Positions 54,773 through 64,000 of a DNA stretch of 64,000 nucleotides are shown here, in pieces. Both the position numbers and the translations under genes were made by a program. A model generated the notes under the pieces. That model ran no database searches and was not told where the DNA came from. It saw nothing but the letters and a program-made list of their open reading frames with translations. Position 1 is the first letter of the stretch; every line of letters begins with the position of its first letter. The DNA is from the human T2T-CHM13v2.0 reference genome, Homo sapiens. The DNA lies in the NCBI RefSeq assembly GCF_009914755.1, contig NC_060941.1; one strand, written 5' to 3'.

Positions 54773-55062
54773 TAAGAACTCACCACTGGGGTGTAGGTGG
54801 TGGAGGGCAGGAGGCAGCTCTCTCTGTAGCTGACACACCACGTATTCTTCCTCACATCCCCCTAGCCCGCTCCCACACCTGGGCAGCCGCTGATTAAGAG
54901 TTGTGGCACTTTGGATAGGGATAAACCTCAGAGTCAGGGAATGTTTGGGCTGAAAGGGATCCAGTAGTGCAATCCGTTGTTTTACAGATAAGGAAACAAA
55001 GCCCAACACCATGAAGGGACTTATAAAAATAAGGTAGTGAAGTAGCAGCAGGGCTTAAATAA

Positions 55063-55335
<273 letters not shown>

Positions 55336-55513
55336 TAATTTCTCGTATCTTTTTGTAGAGACAGAGTTCTGCTATGTTGCCCAGGCTCAGGCTGGTCTTG
55401 ATCTCAAGCAATTGGCTTGCCTCAGCCTCCTAAAATATTGGGATTACAGGCATGAGCCACCGCGCCAGCCATGCAAATCCTTAATTATCAAACAGATAAA
55501 ATAGGGAAGTTAA

Positions 55514-55781
<268 letters not shown>

Positions 55782-55865
55782 TAGTGATCCATCCGCCTCA
55801 GCCTCCCAAAGTGCTGGGATTGCAGGCATGAGCCACCGCGCCTGGCCTTTTTTTTTTTTTTTTGA

Positions 55866-56018
<153 letters not shown>

Positions 56019-56344
56019 TAATTTTTTTTTTAGTAGAGATGGGGTTTCACCTGTTGATCAGGCTGGTCTCAAACTCCTGACCTCAAGTGATCCACCCACC
56101 TCGGCCTCCCAAAGTGCTGGGATTACAAGCATAAGCCACCGTGCCTGGTCAATTTTGATCTTTTTTAAAGAGACAGGGGTCTTGCTATGTTGCCCAGACT
56201 AGTCTTGAACTCCTGGCCTCAAGTGATCCTCTCACCTCGGCCTCCCAAAGTATTGGGATTACAGGTCTGAGCCGCTGCACCCAGCCCCCAACAGGCATCT
56301 TTGGACTTTTGAGTACTGGCTTTAATTTACAAAAATTCCACTGA

Positions 56345-56569
<225 letters not shown>

Positions 56570-57045
56570 TGATCTGACTCCCTTCCTTCTCCCCCAAACC
56601 CCATTCCGTTTCTCTCCCTAATCAGGACAAAATCCCAGCATTCCAGCCACATCCTGTGTGTAATCAGTACTGTTAGCATTTCTGTGGGTTGAAAGTCAAG
56701 AATGAGCAACTTGAAATGATTAATTTCTATAAGAGTGCCCAGATCTATAGAATGAATTGTGTAGAAGTTACCATACATCAAATTAACGCACCAAATTGAA
56801 TTAGCTTGAAATCTCAGAGCTTTTTACAATCTTTATTTCTTACTGGTCTTCAACAGGCCCTAATTTACTTTTCAGGGAATCTGCCAAATTTAACAAATTA
56901 ACACGATGTCCTAGGAAAGCTGTTCATTTAAATACATTCATTTGCAAACCTAATAGATAACTGCAGTTGATCTCTTTTATAGGTTCAGAGTTTTGAATAT
57001 GTTTTTTTTTGTTTTTTTTTTTTGAGATGGAGTCTCGCTCTGTGA

Positions 57046-57186
<141 letters not shown>

Positions 57187-57730
57187 TAGCAGAGACGGGG
57201 TTTCACCGTGGTCTTGATCTCCTGACCTCGTGATCCGCCCGCCTCGGCCTCCCAAAGCGCTGGGATTACAAGGGTGAGCCACCGCACCCTGCCTGAATAT
57301 GTGTTTTCTTAGATCCAATTAACAAGGGTAAGACAAGATTTAAGTTAAGCATAAGAAAGATTTTGTGGGAGGCACTGGAATATAAGACCTTAACAAAACT
57401 GTGGAATTTCTCCCCTGGAGATTTGTAAGAACGGAACATAGCAGCATTCAAAGAAGAATGTTGAGAACAAGGGAGATAATGGTTTCATGGTAATCACAAA
57501 AGTAACACAGCATTTAGTACTGGGTTCCATGTTTGAGGAAGAACCTGGAAGCCATATCACATGAAAAACCTGGGAATGTTTAGGTTAGAGAGAATAACTG
57601 TGTTCAAATGTGTGACAGAGGGACTAGATTCATCACTTACTAACTCCTGCAGAAAGAACTGAGAAAAATAGACAGTATTAGAGGGGGACCAGTTTCACAC
57701 AGACAAGGAAGAACTATTCAGCAATCAATT

Positions 57731-57994
57731 CCGTTCAAAGATAAAATGGACTGTTATAGTGGGGGTGAGCTCCCTACCTCTGAGGGTATTTCAAGTAGAG
57801 ATAGGAGGACCTCCTGGTAGGAAATTTGCATACGGTGGGAGATTGTACGTGATATGGCACCTCCATCTGAAAGAGTCTATATTGAGGGCAGGCTGGAGTC
57901 ACACATGGGAATAAGCCAGGCGACCCTCCCATCTGCCATCTGTGATTTAATTCCACAGTCGCAGAACGGATGGCATGTCACCCACTCCTCCAAA
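57731..57994 (+). repeat. Left arm of a non-Alu inverted repeat (end of G6PC1 intron 4)
   Basis: Reverse complement of 58654-58905 at about 90% identity; also seen as near-identical ORFs 57854(+) and 58890(-). Confidence 0.95.
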
Positions 57995-58005
57995 CCCACC
58001 TCTAG

Positions 58006-58569
<564 letters not shown>

Positions 58570-58653
58570 GAGATGTGGAGTCTTCGGTGTTTAAAGTCAA
58601 CAACCATGCCAGGGATTGAGGAGGACTACTATTTGAAGCAATGGGCACTGGTA

Positions 58654-58905
58654 TTTGGAGCAAGTGACATGCCATCCATTCTGCCGTCGTGGAATTAAAT
58701 CACGGATGGCAGATTGGAGGGTCGCCTGGCTTATTCCCATGTGTGACTCCAGCCTGCCCTCAGCACAGACTCTTTCAGATGGAGGTGCCATATCACGTAC
58801 ACCATATGCAAGTTTCCCGCCAGGAGGTCCTCCTCTCTCTACTTGAATACTCTCACAAGTAGGGAGCTCACTCCCACTGGAACAGCCCATTTTATCTTTG
58901 AATGG
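58654..58905 (-). repeat. Right arm of the non-Alu inverted repeat (G6PC1 3' UTR)
   Basis: Pairs with 57731-57994, including perfect runs of 47 and 34 bp. Confidence 0.95.
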
Positions 58906-59779
58906 TCTTCTGCCAGCCCATTTTGAGGCCAGAGGTGCTGTCAGCTCAGGTGGTCCTCTTTTACAATCCTAATCATATTGGGTAATGTTTTTGAAAAGCT
59001 AATGAAGCTATTGAGAAAGACCTGTTGCTAGAAGTTGGGTTGTTCTGGATTTTCCCCTGAAGACTTACTTATTCTTCCGTCACATATACAAAAGCAAGAC
59101 TTCCAGGTAGGGCCAGCTCACAAGCCCAGGCTGGAGATCCTAACTGAGAATTTTCTACCTGTGTTCATTCTTACCGAGAAAAGGAGAAAGGAGCTCTGAA
59201 TCTGATAGGAAAAGAAGGCTGCCTAAGGAGGAGTTTTTAGTATGTGGCGTATCATGCAAGTGCTATGCCAAGCCATGTCTAAATGGCTTTAATTATATAG
59301 TAATGCACTCTCAGTAATGGGGGACCAGCTTAAGTATAATTAATAGATGGTTAGTGGGGTAATTCTGCTTCTAGTATTTTTTTTACTGTGCATACATGTT
59401 CATCGTATTTCCTTGGATTTCTGAATGGCTGCAGTGACCCAGATATTGCACTAGGTCAAAACATTCAGGTATAGCTGACATCTCCTCTATCACATTACAT
59501 CATCCTCCTTATAAGCCCAGCTCTGCTTTTTCCAGATTCTTCCACTGGCTCCACATCCACCCCACTGGATCTTCAGAAGGCTAGAGGGCGACTCTGGTGG
59601 TGCTTTTGTATGTTTCAATTAGGCTCTGAAATCTTGGGCAAAATGACAAGGGGAGGGCCAGGATTCCTCTCTCAGGTCACTCCAGTGTTACTTTTAATTC
59701 CTAGAGGGTAAATATGACTCCTTTCTCTATCCCAAGCCAACCAAGAGCACATTCTTAAAGGAAAAGTCAACATCTTCTC

Positions 59780-60245
59780 TCTTTTTTTTTTTTTTTGAGA
59801 CAGGGTCTCACTATGTTGCCCAGGCTGCTCTTGAATTCCTGGGCTCAAGCAGTCCTCCCACCCTACCACAGCGTCCCGCGTAGCTGGGACTACAGGTGCA
59901 AGCCACTATGTCCAGCTAGCCAACTCCTCCTTGCCTGCTTTTCTTTTTTTTTCTTTTTTTGAGACGGCGCACCTATCACCCAGGCTGGAGTGGAGTGGCA
60001 CGATCTTGGCTCACTGCAACCTCTTCCTCCTGGTTCAAGCGATTCTCATGTCTCAGCCTCCTCAGTAGCTAGGACTACCGGCGTGCACCACCATGCCAGG
60101 CTAATTTTTATATTTTTAGAATTTTAGAAGAGATGGGATTTCATCATGTTGGCCAGGCTGGTCTCGAACTCCTGACCTCAAGTGATCCACCTGCCTTGGC
60201 CTCCCAAGGTGCTAGGATTACAGGCATGAGCCACCGCACCGGGCC
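59780..60245 (-). mobile_element. Antisense Alu monomer plus full Alu in the G6PC1 3' UTR
   Basis: Poly-T plus antisense Alu consensus upstream of the polyA signals. Confidence 0.88.
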
Positions 60246-60446
60246 CTCCTTGCCTGTTTTTCAATCTCATCTGATATGCAGAGTATTTCTGCCCCACCCA
60301 CCTACCCCCCAAAAAAAGCTGAAGCCTATTTATTTGAAAGTCCTTGTTTTTGCTACTAATTATATAGTATACCATACATTATCATTCAAAACAACCATCC
60401 TGCTCATAACATCTTTGAAAAGAAAAATATATATGTGCAGTATTTT

Positions 60447-60475
60447 ATTAAAGCAACATTTTATTTAAGAATAAA
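60447..60475 (+). terminator. G6PC1: G6PC1 polyadenylation signals
   Basis: ATTAAA 60447-52 and AATAAA 60470-75 in an AU-rich context. Confidence 0.75.
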
Positions 60476-62750
60476 GTCTTGTTAATTACTATATTTTAGA
60501 TGCAATGTGATCTGAAGTTTCTAATTCTGGCCCAACTAAATTTCTAGCTCTGTTTCCCTAAACAAATAATTTGGTTTCTCTGTGCCTGCATTTTCCCTTT
60601 GGAGAAGAAAAGTGCTCTCTCTTGAGTTGACCGAGAGTCCCATTAGGGATAGGGAGACTTAAATGCATCCACAGGGGCACAGGCAGAGTTGAGCACATAA
60701 ACGGAGGCCCAAAATCAGCATAGAACCAGAAAGATTCAGAGTTGGCCAAGAATGAACATTGGCTACCAGACCACAAGTCAGCATGAGTTGCTCTATGGCA
60801 TCAAATTGCAACTTGAGAGTAGATGGGCAGGGTCACTATCAAATTAAGCAATCAGGGCACACAAGTTGCAGTAACACAACAAGACTAGGCCAGCTCTGGA
60901 ATCCAGTAACTCAGTGTCAGCAAGGTTTTGGGTTATAGTTCAAGAAAGTCTAAACAGAGCCAGTCACAGCACCAAGGAATGCTCAAGGGAGCTATTGCAG
61001 GTTTCTCTGCTAAGAGATTTATTTCATCCTGGGTGCAGGGTTCGACCTCCAAAGGCCTCAAATCATCACCGTATCAATGGATTTCCTGAGGGTAAGCTCC
61101 GCTATTTCACACCTGAACTCCGGAGTCTGTATATTCAGGGAAGATTGCATTCTCCTACTGGATTTGGGCTCTCAGAGGGCGTTGTGGGAACCAGGCCCCT
61201 CACAGAATCAAATGGTCCCAACCAGGGAGAAAGAAAATAGTCTTTTTTTTTTTTTTAATAGAGATGGGGGTCTCACTATGCTGCCCAGGCTGGTCTTGAA
61301 CTCCTGGGTTCAAGTGATCCTCCTGCCTCAGCCTCCCAAAGTGCTGGGATTACAGTGTGAGCCACTGCGCTTGGCCAGAAATGGTTTTGATCTGTCTGAA
61401 CTGAACCCTACTGCTTAGGCATAGCCCCATCCTTGATAATCTATTTGCTCCCAAGGACCAAGTCCAAGATCCTTACAAGAAAGGTCTGCCAGAAAGTAAA
61501 TACTGCCCCCACTCCCTGAAGTTTATGAGGTTGATAAGAAAACATAACAGATAAAGTTTATTGAGTGCTAACTTTATGCCAGATTCTGTTCTATGTACTT
61601 TATTTATACAATTAACTCGCTTAGTTCTCCCAACATCTCTGTGAGTTGGCTACTGTCATTTATCCTTATATTACAAATAGGTCCAGAGGGGTTAGTCATC
61701 TTGTCCAGAATGGTGGAACCAGGTTAAGGATCAGGCAGTCTGGGCTGGGCATGGTGGCTCACATCTGTAATCCCAGCACTTTGGGAGGCTGAGGTGGCAG
61801 ATTGCCTGAGCTCAGGAGTTCGAGACCAGCCTGGGCAACATGGTGAGACCCCCGTCTATACCAAAAATACAAAACATTAGCCAAGCGTGGTGGTGCATGC
61901 CTGTGGTCCTAACTACTCAGGTGGCTGAGGTGGGAGAATCCCTTGAGCTCAGAGGTTGCAGTGAGCCAAGATTATGCCACTGCACTCCAGCCTGGGTGAC
62001 AGAGTGAGACCCTGTCTCAGAAAAAAAAAAAAAAAAGAAGCAAGCAGTCTGGGCTGGGTGCTGTGGCTCGCGCCTGTAATCCCAGATACAAAATAATCAT
62101 TTTGTAATATATCCTGCTTATTAGACAGAACATTTTGATCACTCATCTGTTCCCTAAGTTATAGATTTACGTCCACTTTAGAAATGGCTTGTGAGGCAAG
62201 TTTAAGTGACCGATGACAGTTTTAAAGCAAGGTCCATGTCATGTTATGGCATAATTTGGTAGAATGTTCTAGTAGTGTATCAGTTTTCAGGTGGTAGGCT
62301 TGAGGATGATACACACACACACACACGCAATGCAATTCTATTATTGCCCAAAGAAAATAGACCCATTAAGGAAGTCCAACTTCTGCTGCGTGGACCAGTG
62401 CTGCCACATCACACATAGACCAAAGGCTTAGGTTTTTGTGGTTTTGGTTATTTATTTTATCTTTTTATTTTATTTTATCTTATTTTATTTTATTTTATTT
62501 TATTATTTGAGATGGAGTCTCACTCTGTCACCCAGGCTGGGGTGCAATGGCGCAATCTCAGCTCACTGCAACCTCCAACTCCTGGGGCTCAAATGATCCT
62601 CCAGCCTCAGCCTCCCGAATAGCTGGGACTACAGATGCGTACCACCATGCCTGGCTAATTTTTTTATTTTTTGTAGAGACAGGGTCTCAAGCATCCTCCC
62701 GCCTTAGCCTCCCAAAGTGCTGGGATAACAGGCATGAGCTGCTGCACTCA

Positions 62751-63960
<1,210 letters not shown>

Positions 63961-64000
63961 TAGTTAGGAAAGTTTTACAGTATTTTTGGTTTTATCATCT

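Overview
Mammalian genomic DNA, recognisable as human chr17q21, and very Alu-rich. It holds four gene-level units. (1) The 3' part of AOC3/VAP-1: end of exon 1, exons 2-4 and the 3' UTR (1-~5270, +). (2) The complete four-exon AOC4P plasma amine oxidase pseudogene (14423-21513, +). Its only visible coding lesion is one TAG at codon 225; TPQ Tyr, catalytic Asp, Cu-binding His residues and all splice sites remain. (3) A repeat-rich interval that from memory hosts the minus-strand lncRNA LINC00671, with a U6 retrocopy, LTR, L1, L2 and MIR fragments. (4) The full G6PC1 gene with its promoter (CDS 48020-58569, five exons, 357 aa). The most notable unexplained structure is a ~250-bp, ~90%-identical, non-Alu inverted repeat that brackets the last coding exon of G6PC1. 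Other highlights: patchy gene conversion between AOC3 and AOC4P (265 identical bp, plus an identical exon 4 acceptor that could let AOC3 use AOC4P exons); a 240-bp templated insertion inside an Alu; and four retroelements stacked in age order at one target site. Identity counts were made by eye, repeat boundaries are approximate, and repeat family names come from recall of consensus sequences.
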